A stretch of 64,000 nucleotides of DNA from an uncultured delta proteobacterium (GTDB taxonomy: Bacteria > Myxococcota > Myxococcia > Myxococcales > Myxococcaceae), in the NCBI GenBank assembly GCA_963713045.1, contig CAVQKE010000007.1:288001-352000 (forward strand), in the 5' to 3' direction. The position numbers and the translations under genes were made by a program. Positions within the stretch are counted from its first letter, which is position 1, and every line of letters starts with the position of its first letter. The notes under the pieces are model-generated. The model did no database searches and was not told the origin of the DNA. It worked only from the letters and a program-made list of their open reading frames with translations. Shown piece by piece: positions 32,279 through 41,192 of this stretch.

Positions 32279-32350
32279 TGCGGGCCAAGCCACGCATTAG
32301 AATTATTCACTTGCAAACGCTATGATAATCCGGGGTGGCCGTGGTTCCTT

Positions 32351-32551
32351 ATGCGCATGACACCAGCAACCCAAGACACCCCCGTCGGAGCCGAGACCGT
32401 GCGGAGGTTCACCCTCGATTTGAAGGGCGACCTCCTCTCGAACCTACTCCGCGCCGCATCGGCCGACCTCGCCCAAAGGGGCCGGTATTCCCTCTCAGCG
32501 ACGATCACGCGCCTCCTCGAGGAGAGACTCGCCGAGGTGACGTCGCGATGA
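32351..32551 (+). CDS. Small ribbon-helix-helix-like regulator
   Basis: VRRFTLDL beta strand followed by two helices (SLSATITRLLEERL); AT-rich promoter-like tract upstream. Confidence 0.55.
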   Translation: MRMTPATQDTPVGAETVRRFTLDLKGDLLSNLLRAASADLAQRGRYSLSATITRLLEERLAEVTSR

Positions 32552-33625
32552 AGGCCGATCCCCGTCGAGAGGTGTTCCGCACCATCGCCCGCCAGCAGGT
32601 CAGCGGCGCCGAGCTTTTCCGGAAGGGTGAGGCCGCGGTCGACGAGCTTGTCGAGCGCATGGTTCAGAACGACGACGCCCGCACCGCGCAGGCCGCAACC
32701 GAGGCCGCCGAGGCTCGCGACATAAAGGTGCAGGTCCCCGCCGCGGTGGCAGTCGCAAAGCAAATGGGCGTCAGTCCAGCCGGTGCCGTGCAACGCATCG
32801 TCGACGAGTCCGCGGCGGCCGAGCCGGTCGCCACCAGCGCGGCGGTCGCGATCCCCTACCACCGACCGCGAGACCGTGCGCCTGCAGCGCCATGAGCGCA
32901 TGCGGGCCTTGCACCGCACCGGGTCGCTCTACTTCGGCGACCTGAAAGAGGTCGTCCCTGAGTCCACGACGGTCCTGCTCGGGAGCGACAAGTCGATCAC
33001 AATCGAAAACGCCGCCGACGGCCTTCACCGCGCCGGCTGGGACCCTCTCGCAGGCTTCATTCGGGACCGCGCCACCCTCGACGCCGCTCCGAGCACCGTC
33101 CAGCCGAAGCGCGCCCTCAGCGGCGACGTGACGTCCCTACTCGTGATCGACCTCGCGGCCTCCTGCCTCTTCGCCGTCCGCATGGCAGGCGATCCCGGAC
33201 ACGCCGCCGGCGGGGAACTCATCCAAGCGAACGGCCGACTCTTCCCCGTCGGTCGGGCCCCGCGTGGTCTTTCCGGCCCGGCCCGACGCAAGGTGGACCC
33301 GAGCCTCGCGGTCTCATCCCCGTCCGTCTCCATCGCCGTCTACGCAGGTAACGCCACGACGAAGCGTCTCTCCGACGGCCTCGACATTCTCGGACACGGG
33401 AGCTTCATCCCCGTGGCGGGGTACGTGGAGCTAGCGACGGGAGAGGCCGGCCCCCTTGTGCAGTGGGGCGCGCCTTTCTGGTTCCCGGACTTCGACGGGT
33501 TCGAGGATTGGTGGTCGTACGACGGCGAGGGAAACAAGACCCTCTCCCGCCGCATGGGGGCCACGCCTCCGCAGTGGAACCGCCCCGGACCGGCTCCGGA
33601 GTGGCTGCAGAAGATCGCCGCGTAA
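32548..33625 (+). CDS. Hypothetical protein, 358 aa if one extra C at 32853-32856 is removed (otherwise two ORFs)
   Basis: ATGA-coupled start with GAGG RBS; both halves are protein-like and join cleanly after a 1-nt correction. Confidence 0.55.
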
Positions 33626-33679
33626 AGCTGAACAAACCCCGCAGCACGCTCCGCATACCGCGGCGCAAAGGCCGTTGCC

Positions 33680-33952
33680 GTGCCCGTAGATCTCGCAGGT
33701 TTGCAGTTTCTCGAAGTGGCGACCGCACTACACCCCCGGGGTCAGGGAGAGACGCGGATTCTTGCCCGCCGCGGAGGGCTCAACACCTTCCGCAGTCGGC
33801 ACACTGAAGTCCCGGCCTGGCCCGGTGCTCCCGTGCATCGCGGCGGACGAATCCTCTTCGGCACCACGTCGAGGCTCGATTACGAGCTTCTCGCCGAGAC
33901 CTTCGAGGCGCTCGCGAAGAAGATGCGCGCCGTCCTCGCGAGCACGCCATGA
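33680..33952 (+). CDS. Hypothetical protein
   Basis: 90-aa ORF whose stop overlaps an ATG (ATGA) just before the primase. Confidence 0.5.
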   Translation: MPVDLAGLQFLEVATALHPRGQGETRILARRGGLNTFRSRHTEVPAWPGAPVHRGGRILFGTTSRLDYELLAETFEALAKKMRAVLASTP

Positions 33953-36226
33953 GCTACACGAATCTCGATCGTCAACAACACGGATCCCAAGGTCGTCGAG
34001 GTGCGGACCTGCGCCGACCTCGAAGCCTTGGCTGCGGTCGTGTCCACTTGCGACTGGTGTCCGGGCGTCTTCAGCGATGGACACCGGCACAAGAGTAGCT
34101 TCGCCCACTCCGACTTAATCGTCTTCGACGTCGACGACGGCTTGACCGCCGACGAAGCGCAGAAACGCCTGGACGCCGCCGAGCTGTCCTATCTGCTGCT
34201 CCTCTCGAAGTCGCACGGGATCCCCAAGGGTGACAAGCCGGCGTGCGACAGGTTCAGGATTGTCCTCCCCGCCGAGCGCCGGATCACCTCCTTGGAGGAC
34301 CACGCGGCGACGTGGGCGTCCTGGTACGAGGACGTGCTCCCCGAGGCCGACACGAAAGCGAAGGACGCCGCGCGTTTCTTCTACGCGAGCCCGAAGGGCT
34401 GGACGGGAAACACGGGCAAGCCGGCCACGGTGCTGTCGACCGACGCGCCGTCCGCGAAGCAGCCCCCGCCCACAATGGAGGAAGCCGAGGCTCGACTCGC
34501 TCCGTGGCCCTTGTCCGAGCGGGTTCGCCGGGCCGAGGTCCGCCTCGAGGCACTCGTAAAGAAGGGCGTCCTCGCGGTCGAAGGGGACCGGGACAGCAAG
34601 ACGATTCGGATTGCCCGCGCCATCGGCCACGACTTCGGGCTCGGGTCGGCGATCGCGACCGACCTGCTCTGGCGCGGGTGGATTCCGCACTGCCCCCACC
34701 CGTGGCCATTGAAGGACGACCCCAAGGGGGAAGACCTCACGACGAAGGTCGAGAACGCGCTCGACACATACACGCCCGATCACGCCTACGGGTACGAGCT
34801 TCTGTTGACCGCGCCGGCGGACCTGAAGGCGAAGCTCGAAGCCGGGGGCGCCGAGGTGCCCGAGCTCGAGGACGGCCGCCCGGCCTTGAGCATTCCCCCC
34901 TTCCCGCAGAAGGACTGGGACGAGGTGGTGCTCGGCAACAACACCGTGCCCGTGCTGAACGAGCGCTTCCGTGTGCTGCGCGCAAAGGAAGGGCCCCCCA
35001 CTCGGATCACGATTAAGGTGGACGATTGGAATCAGGCGCAAGCCCTCCCCGACGACGAGCCCGAGCTGATCTCGTACCTCGTCGGACGGTACGCCGACGC
35101 GGGTGTGCGGCTCAAAAAGAAGGTGATCCTCGACTCGGTCTTCTACTGGCGCGCCCACGCCGAGCCCCTGGCCGAGGAGCCCCTCCCGCTCACGTACGAG
35201 GGCGACCCACGCCTCTCGTTCTGTCGTCTGCCGTGGACGCCGGCCGAGGGCGAATGGGCGGCCTGGAAGGAGTTCACCTCGAGGTGCAGCGACCCTGAAT
35301 TAGTCATGGCCTATGTGGGCGCGTGCTTCACCCCTGAAAACGAAACCCGTCAGGCCCTCGTGCTCCGCGGCGATGGCGAGGACGGGAAGTCGACGGCGAT
35401 CGGTGTGCTGGTGGGCGCACTCGGAAGCGGAGGGGGGTCGATTAACGACATTTCGGTGACCGAGACGAAGCGCTTCCTCCTCTCGTCCCTGTACGGGACG
35501 CGAGTCGTCGCCTATCCCGATTGCAAGGTTGAGAAGTTCTGTCTGACCTCGGTCTTCCGGTCGCTTGTCTCCGGTGACCTTGTGCCGATCGAGTTCAAAA
35601 TGGCGGGTGCGTTCAAGGCTCAGATGCGATGCAAGCTGATCATCGGCACGAATGAGCACCTACAGGTTGCCAGTACCCGCGCGGATCAAAGTCGGGTGCT
35701 TCTCGTCGAAGTCGCACCGTCGAAGAACACGGACGATCCTAGCTGGAAGCTGCGGCTCCGCGAGCAGCTCCCGGCCTTCGTCTTCGAGTGCCTGAAGGCG
35801 TACGCCCGCCGGTGCCCCAATCACGGGAAACTCGACGTCGGCGAGGTCGTGTCCGAAGAGGTGCAAGCGGCGGCCGAGGATTCGAGGCCCGCTTTTCGGA
35901 CGAGATCCCGAAAGCTGTACGCCTGCGCCCCCGCCCGCCGTCTGTATAAATCCGAACTCCGCGCGGGCCTCGCTCAGAACGGCGTGCGCGTGGACGTGGA
36001 TCAGTACATTGGCCGCGCCGTGGCTTGGCTCGCGAGTCGAGGCGTCGCCCAGCGGTGGGACAAGGCCCGAAGCACGCGCTACTTCGACGGCCTCTGCCCT
36101 CGTTACCTCCTCGACAAGCGAGACGCCTGGGGGTTCCCGGCCATCCTCGACGGGCACGAAATCGGGGCGCCCATCCACACGTCCCGCGAACTCTGGCAGG
36201 CCACCTTCGCGGAGGCCGCGCCGTGA
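33949..36226 (+). CDS. Primase-helicase (AEP-like primase + PriCT-like + SF3/D5-like helicase); possible +1 frameshift near the start, alternative GTG start at 34001
   Basis: IVFDVDDG, SKSH...RFRIVLP and KDAARFFY primase motifs; Walker A GDGEDGKST; LIIGTN motif C. Confidence 0.88.
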
Positions 36227-36414
36227 CCCGCGCGGCAGGGAACACCTGGACCCACGAAACCCTCGGCGCCGTGTTGCGGCGATGGGTGCCCCTCGGGACC
36301 GCGTGCTCCGTCCTTCAAACCGACGGGGCCGGGGTTGTGCGGCAAGCCTCCGAGGTGTGGTGCCTCCTGGGGATCTGGACCCTCCTCGTCCCGCCCCCGA
36401 AGTTCCGGTCGTGA
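36223..36414 (+). CDS. Small hypothetical protein
   Basis: GTGA overlaps at both ends, coupling it to the primase and the next ORF. Confidence 0.45.
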   Translation: MTRAAGNTWTHETLGAVLRRWVPLGTACSVLQTDGAGVVRQASEVWCLLGIWTLLVPPPKFRS

Positions 36415-36623
36415 TCTCCGAGAAGCTGCGCGAGCGCGTCCTCAGCATCCTCGAGACGCCCACCAGCGCCGTCGGGATTTGCCGTCGCTTGTGGGGAGGC
36501 TGGGACCCCGACGACCGACCGGACCTCGTGCGGGCCGTACTCCTTCAACTCGAGCGCGAGGGCCGGGTCGTGGCGTTGAAGGACGCGGCCAAGGTCCGGA
36601 CCGGGCTGTGGGTGCTGGCATGA
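36411..36623 (+). CDS. Small winged-helix-like protein
   Basis: LRERVLSILETPTSAVGICRRL...VRAVLLQLEREGRVV; 4-nt overlaps with both neighbours. Confidence 0.55.
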   Translation: MISEKLRERVLSILETPTSAVGICRRLWGGWDPDDRPDLVRAVLLQLEREGRVVALKDAAKVRTGLWVLA

Positions 36624-36979
36624 CCGCGCAGCGTTGCTCCGCTTGCCAAGCGACGAAGCCCCTCGAGGCGTTCGCCGTGGACAGCCGACGGCCCGGGGGG
36701 CGGCGTTCGCGTTGTCGTGCCTGCACCTTGGCCCAGCGCCGAGCCCGAAAGGCCGAGGGGAGGTGCCCCATCCACGGCCGAGCGGTGATCCCCGGCCTCA
36801 CCGCCCGGTGCGGCCGTTGCGTGCGAGATTCTTTCCGCCGCTACGACGAGCGAAAGGCCGTCGGGACGTGCGTCGCCCATGCGTCCAGGCGGGCCGTAGC
36901 GGGCCGTACGCGGTGCCGGGAGTGCCTCGGGTACCTGCGGACGTGGAGTCGCCGCAAACGGGGCCCCGCAGCTTCCTAG
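36620..36979 (+). CDS. Basic multi-zinc-finger protein
   Basis: CSAC...KPLEAF...CRAC, CPIH...CGRC, CVAH...CREC; very Arg-rich. Confidence 0.65.
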   Translation: MTAQRCSACQATKPLEAFAVDSRRPGGRRSRCRACTLAQRRARKAEGRCPIHGRAVIPGLTARCGRCVRDSFRRYDERKAVGTCVAHASRRAVAGRTRCRECLGYLRTWSRRKRGPAAS

Positions 36980-37048
36980 AGTCGTCGGGCCTCTGTGGTC
37001 GAGATCGCGACCGCTGGCCCGCGGCCCCTGGACGCTCCGGGCACCCCA

Positions 37049-37334
37049 GAATCAACTGAAGCCGGCCGGGGGTGGTTGATCCCGTCGGTTGATCCGCGAG
37101 TTTCAGAGGGGGAATCAACAGACACAGCCGAATCACCCTTTTTGGGGCTACTACTCCACACCCCACGGCGCCGCACCGCATGTCCCGTCCAGGCCGCCCA
37201 ACGCCGCCGCGGCTTCGCCCCGCCTTAAAGCAATTCCTATTGATCCCCCTCTCCTCTTGATTCTCTTGATTCTGTTGATTCTTGAGAGTGAAGAAGAGGA
37301 ATCAACCGACAGGATCAACCGACCCGGAATCAAC
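37049..37334. repeat. Iteron-like cluster, putative replication origin
   Basis: GRATCAA motif on + at 37049, 37112, 37299, 37312, 37327 and on - at 37075, 37088, 37239, 37256, 37265, 37274; non-coding, downstream of the primase operon. Confidence 0.75.
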
Positions 37335-37574
37335 CGAGCCTCGGAGCACGCCCCCGGGACGCCGTGGACGGTGGTCGCGAAGTCGGGGACAGAGGCCGCG
37401 CCGGGTTCCGTTGGGGTTCCGTCTTGGGTGTGGATAGGTCGACCTCCGCGTGTCCGGACAAGCCCGCCCCACCCTGCGACAGTGCACCAGACTGGGGAGT
37501 CTGGCGCCTAACTGAGGAACGCCGCGGGGATGCGTGGTCGTGGGCACGAATCGCGCTCCACATGCGTCCGCTCG

Positions 37575-37618
37575 AGGGCCGCCGGCCGGGGGACGTCGAG
37601 GCCCGGCGGCCCTTTTTC
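37575..37618 (+). terminator. Putative Rho-independent terminator
   Basis: Stem agggccgccgg / ccggcggccct followed by a T run. Confidence 0.55.
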
Positions 37619-37802
37619 TGAGGGGGACGGCCGGCGGCGGGGGTGACAACCCCAACAAAACCCACCCCCCAGAAACAAATGGAAGGAATCCCCAAGCGAC
37701 CTCGGCCCGACCGCGAAAGTCGACGCACCGTGTCCATGGTCGCAGTCCATGTAAATCAGGCATACCTAGGCAAAATGGAAGGAATTGTGTAAGCATGAAA
37801 AC

Positions 37803-38162
37803 GTGAAGAAGCCGACTCTGACCGCGCTCAACGTGCAACGCCTGTTCGCGGAGCTGACCCCGAAGGCCCTGGAGCGGCTGGAAGCCCTCCTCGACAGCCC
37901 GAACAACACGGTCAAGCTCGCCGCGATTCAAACAGCGCTCGCGTACGCCTGGGGCCGCCCGAAGACGACGGCCGAAATTTCGGTCACCCACGACGAGACC
38001 GACAAGCTCGCGCAGCGCAAGACCCTGCGGAAGATGATTCGCGCGCGCCCCGAGCTTGCCGACGTCGCTGCGGACATGCTCCTGCCGTCCGTCACCCACC
38101 GCAACGCGCTCGAGGCCGGCCCCGTGGTGGTCCTCGAAGACGTCGCACCCTCGGAGCACTGA
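37803..38162 (+). CDS. Putative terminase small subunit-like protein
   Basis: KALERLEALLDS...VKLAAIQTALAYAWGRPKTT resembles the helical '...AA..IL.R.WGKP' pattern of phage TerS-like proteins; first gene of the late block. Confidence 0.5.
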   Translation: MKKPTLTALNVQRLFAELTPKALERLEALLDSPNNTVKLAAIQTALAYAWGRPKTTAEISVTHDETDKLAQRKTLRKMIRARPELADVAADMLLPSVTHRNALEAGPVVVLEDVAPSEH

Positions 38163-38166
38163 CCCC

Positions 38167-38415
38167 GTGCCCCGTGGCCGGACAAATTCCGAGGACAGGT
38201 TCGCCGGGCTAAACGCGGTCCGTGCCGCCCTGGCCGAACCCCGGGCCGTGGCGGACGTGGCCGCGGAACTCGGGCTTCCCGTGGGCACCATCCACGGCCG
38301 GATCAAGGCGTTGCAGGCCGAGGGCTTCGTGATCGCGCAAGTCGGCGTTCAGCGCCGTGGCCGCCGCGGGGCCGTGACACCCATGCTCATGCTTACGAAG
38401 GAGCCGACGCCGTGA
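38167..38415 (+). CDS. Winged-HTH DNA-binding protein
   Basis: AVADVAAELGLPVGTIHGRIKALQAEGFV. Confidence 0.7.
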   Translation: MPRGRTNSEDRFAGLNAVRAALAEPRAVADVAAELGLPVGTIHGRIKALQAEGFVIAQVGVQRRGRRGAVTPMLMLTKEPTP

Positions 38416-38726
38416 CCTACCCCAGAGGCCCTATGTCTAGAATGCGAGCGGAGACGTGGGGCGTCGGCACGTCCGCGCCAGCCTCCTTAAAAAACCAGGA
38501 GGCAAGCCCGGGGCCGGTCCCCGTGCCAGTGCCCCCCGTGGCCGAGCCCTGGACGGCCGAGGACGTGCGGCGCGCGTGCCGTGCGGAGATCCCGGCGATG
38601 CTTCGCAGTCCACACCCCGAGGTGCGCGAATACGTCCTCGATTGCCTCGCCGACTTCACCTTCGACGCACTCGAACGGCTTTTCACCCCCGACGAGCTGC
38701 GCGACCTCTTCCCCGCAGTCCCGTAG
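38412..38726 (+). CDS. Hypothetical protein
   Basis: AAGGAG RBS, GTGA overlap; 104 aa. Confidence 0.55.
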   Translation: MTYPRGPMSRMRAETWGVGTSAPASLKNQEASPGPVPVPVPPVAEPWTAEDVRRACRAEIPAMLRSPHPEVREYVLDCLADFTFDALERLFTPDELRDLFPAVP

Positions 38727-38740
38727 CAAAAGGAAACGCC

Positions 38741-39112
38741 GTGCTCTACCCCCTCGCAGCGAACACAAACTTCTTAACCGGCGACGCCGTGGCGCTTAAC
38801 GCCTCCGGCCTCGCCGTCGTTCCCACCGCGACCACGGGCCTCGTGGCCATCGGCATCGCGCAGTCCGGTGCACTTACCGCCGACGCGGCCGGAAACGCGC
38901 CAGCGTTCACCAGCCCCGGCATAGAAGCCCGCCCAGGCGCCGCCCTCTTCACGAATAGCGGGACGCACGCCTGCAGCGGCGGCGACGTCGGAAACCCGGC
39001 CTACTTCGAGGGCGCGGGCGTCGTCGGGAACAACGCGACGGGCAAGAGCGCGGCCGGACGAATCCTCGCCATCATCGGCGGACAAGTCCTCGTCTTCGTC
39101 GGCCTCACCTAA
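38741..39112 (+). CDS. Capsid cement / head decoration-like protein (DUF2190-like)
   Basis: AAGGA RBS; 123 aa, Gly/Ala-rich; YPLAANTNFLTGDAVALNASGLAV...GIA...DVGNPAYF...SAAGRILAI follows the beta-tulip cement protein pattern. Confidence 0.65.
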   Translation: MLYPLAANTNFLTGDAVALNASGLAVVPTATTGLVAIGIAQSGALTADAAGNAPAFTSPGIEARPGAALFTNSGTHACSGGDVGNPAYFEGAGVVGNNATGKSAAGRILAIIGGQVLVFVGLT

Positions 39113-39475
39113 AGCGGGTCCTCGCCCGGGGTCGCTGTCCTCGGGTTTCCTCCCGCCAGCGGTCCGGGTGGTACCGGGCCGTGACGGCTGTCATTGGCCG
39201 GGGGCGGTCTCGGACGGGATTCCGCGGCCGCCTCGAACTTCTCCAAGTCCGCGACGCTGGACGCTGCCTTCCTCGCCAGTCGTGCCTTAGGCTTCAAGGT
39301 GGCAACGGAGCGGATCCCCCCATCGCCCCGTCGTCCTCGCGCCCGGCTCGCCTACTCGGGGGCCGCGGCCGCGGGCATCTGCGACCCCCCTGCTGGGTAA
39401 GCAGGCCTGTCGCACACCGCACAGGCGTTTCGTTGGTAGGCTGGGGGATCCCTGGCTATACCTGAGGGTAGGCCG

Positions 39476-39823
39476 ATGGCAGAACCGCTCAACATCCAAA
39501 TCCAGACCGTGCCGACCGAAGAGGCAATTCGCCGCCCTCCGGTGTACGTGAACTCGTGCCAGATCGTAGGTGACGCAAACGGGCACACTCTTTACCTCTT
39601 CGCGACGCCGCCGGACGCGATCCAGCTAGCCGCGGTGCGCTCCAAGGTCGGTGCGCCGCAGCAACCGGGCGCCGCGATTCAGTTTGAAATGGAGCCGGTC
39701 GCCAAGGTGTTCCTCTCTCCGACCTTCATGGGACAGCTCGTTCAGGTACTCGCCACGCAAATGAGGAACTCGCAAGAGCTGCGCGCAGCATTCGAGCGCC
39801 TAGCCAAGGGGGGAACGCAATGA
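39476..39823 (+). CDS. DUF3467-like protein
   Basis: PVYVNSCQIVGD...LYLF...PVAKVFLSPTFMGQLVQVLATQM matches the YxN...VARVxMSP...helix pattern; GAGGG RBS. Confidence 0.6.
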   Translation: MAEPLNIQIQTVPTEEAIRRPPVYVNSCQIVGDANGHTLYLFATPPDAIQLAAVRSKVGAPQQPGAAIQFEMEPVAKVFLSPTFMGQLVQVLATQMRNSQELRAAFERLAKGGTQ

Positions 39824-40704
39824 TCGAGCTGATGCGACTTCAGGACGAACGGTACGATCAGCGGTTCAAAACGCCGATCGCCTTCGATTACGTCTCCGCC
39901 CCGCCCACCCCGGTGAAAGCGGAAGTCTCGAATCCGCGGCTGTCCGATCCGTTGGTCCTCCAGTACCTCACTTTTGCGATCGAGCGCCTCAAGAGCGTTC
40001 CGCAGGAGAACCCGCTTTGGGACCTATACGCGCGCGGCTTGAAGGTGACCTTCGACCTCGCTGACTCGACGTTTCGTCCGCAGAAGCTCGCCGTTGAGTC
40101 CACTGGCGAAACAGAGATGCTGTTCTCCCTCTTTGGCTTCGAGAAGCGCGGCGCCGATATTTGGGTGGACGCCGAGAGTGAGGCCGTGCTGTTCGTTCCC
40201 ATGGTCGCAGGGAAGGTCGAGAAGGAGCGTCGGATCCCCTCTGGCGCTGGAATGAGATCGCTAGCTGGTTGGCTGGAACGACTCAGGCGCCTCCTCTTTA
40301 GGCGCTCGCTCGTGCCTGAGGAGTCCGACCGCGTGTTTCGGGGCTACCGCGCTGGACACGTCGTCAAGGAACACGGACAGACTCGTCTGAGCAGCGGTCT
40401 CTTCCGCGACTCGAACGGGGTCTCGGTTTACGACGGCGCGCTCTGTACCGCCGAGGTCGTGCTCGCCAGTCTTCAGCGCAGTGGGGCGACCTGGGGCCTC
40501 GTTACCGTTACGAAGCAGAAACTCGCCGACCTAGGCGCGACCTTGACCGTGAACGTGCAAGGCGCCGATGCGGACGACCCGGCGCGAGAGGCGCACTGTT
40601 TGCTGAAACTCCCGAAGAAGGGGGTCGCGGCAGAACTTGCGGCATGCGCTCTCGTCCACTTCCACGCTCCGGGGGCTGAGTACATCCCGACCGAGCTGCA
40701 GTAG
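39820..40704 (+). CDS. Two-domain protein with putative ADP-ribosyltransferase/RES-like C-terminal domain
   Basis: ATGA-coupled to the upstream gene; C-terminal VFR...LSSGLFRDSNGVSVY...WGLVTV...DP.REAHCLL motif series. Confidence 0.55.
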   Translation: MIELMRLQDERYDQRFKTPIAFDYVSAPPTPVKAEVSNPRLSDPLVLQYLTFAIERLKSVPQENPLWDLYARGLKVTFDLADSTFRPQKLAVESTGETEMLFSLFGFEKRGADIWVDAESEAVLFVPMVAGKVEKERRIPSGAGMRSLAGWLERLRRLLFRRSLVPEESDRVFRGYRAGHVVKEHGQTRLSSGLFRDSNGVSVYDGALCTAEVVLASLQRSGATWGLVTVTKQKLADLGATLTVNVQGADADDPAREAHCLLKLPKKGVAAELAACALVHFHAPGAEYIPTELQ

Positions 40705-40746
40705 GCAAAAGAAGAGGCCCCGGTCGACTGCCCCTGGCAGCCGCGG

Positions 40747-41086
40747 TCAGTTGTGTGGCGGTGGCAGCGCGCCCATGGGCGGGCAGTGGTAGTCGCAGCA
40801 GTTGCCGACGAGAGGCTTGCTGACCGCAAAAGCGCCGTATTGGTTCCCCGTGGCATACGCGGTGCTCCCGTAGACCTGTTCCGCGCATCGGAGGATCTGC
40901 GGGCACGCTCGAGCCAACGCACACCTTCGCGGCCTCTTCGTTGAGCGTGTTCATGTCGGCGTGCTTGTTGCCGCAGACCGTGAAAACTCCGGTCTGATAA
41001 TCCCGGGCGGCCACGTGGGCGCTTGCGCATCCGACGACTAGGCCCAGCAGTCCAGCGCCCACGACGAGAAGCGTCTTCCGCGTCAT
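40747..41086 (-). pseudogene. Small Cys-rich lipoprotein with apparent +1 frameshift (112 aa if repaired)
   Basis: MTRKTLLVVGAGLLGLVVGC lipobox; removing one G at 40901-40903 continues as PQILRCAEQVYGSTAY...GNCCDYHCPP. Confidence 0.6.
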
Positions 41087-41192
41087 TCCCACCCCCGCGA
41101 CGGAGCCTAGCGCAAACGAAAGTCCCGGCGCCTGTACGAGCACGCCGGGGCATCGGGCCTCATGCGCTTGCGAAGGCCTACCGCTCACGGCC

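Noticed and set aside
37049..37334. Short repeats as a CRISPR or ncRNA array
   Set aside because: Only 7-8 bp, in both orientations and irregularly spaced; better explained as iterons.
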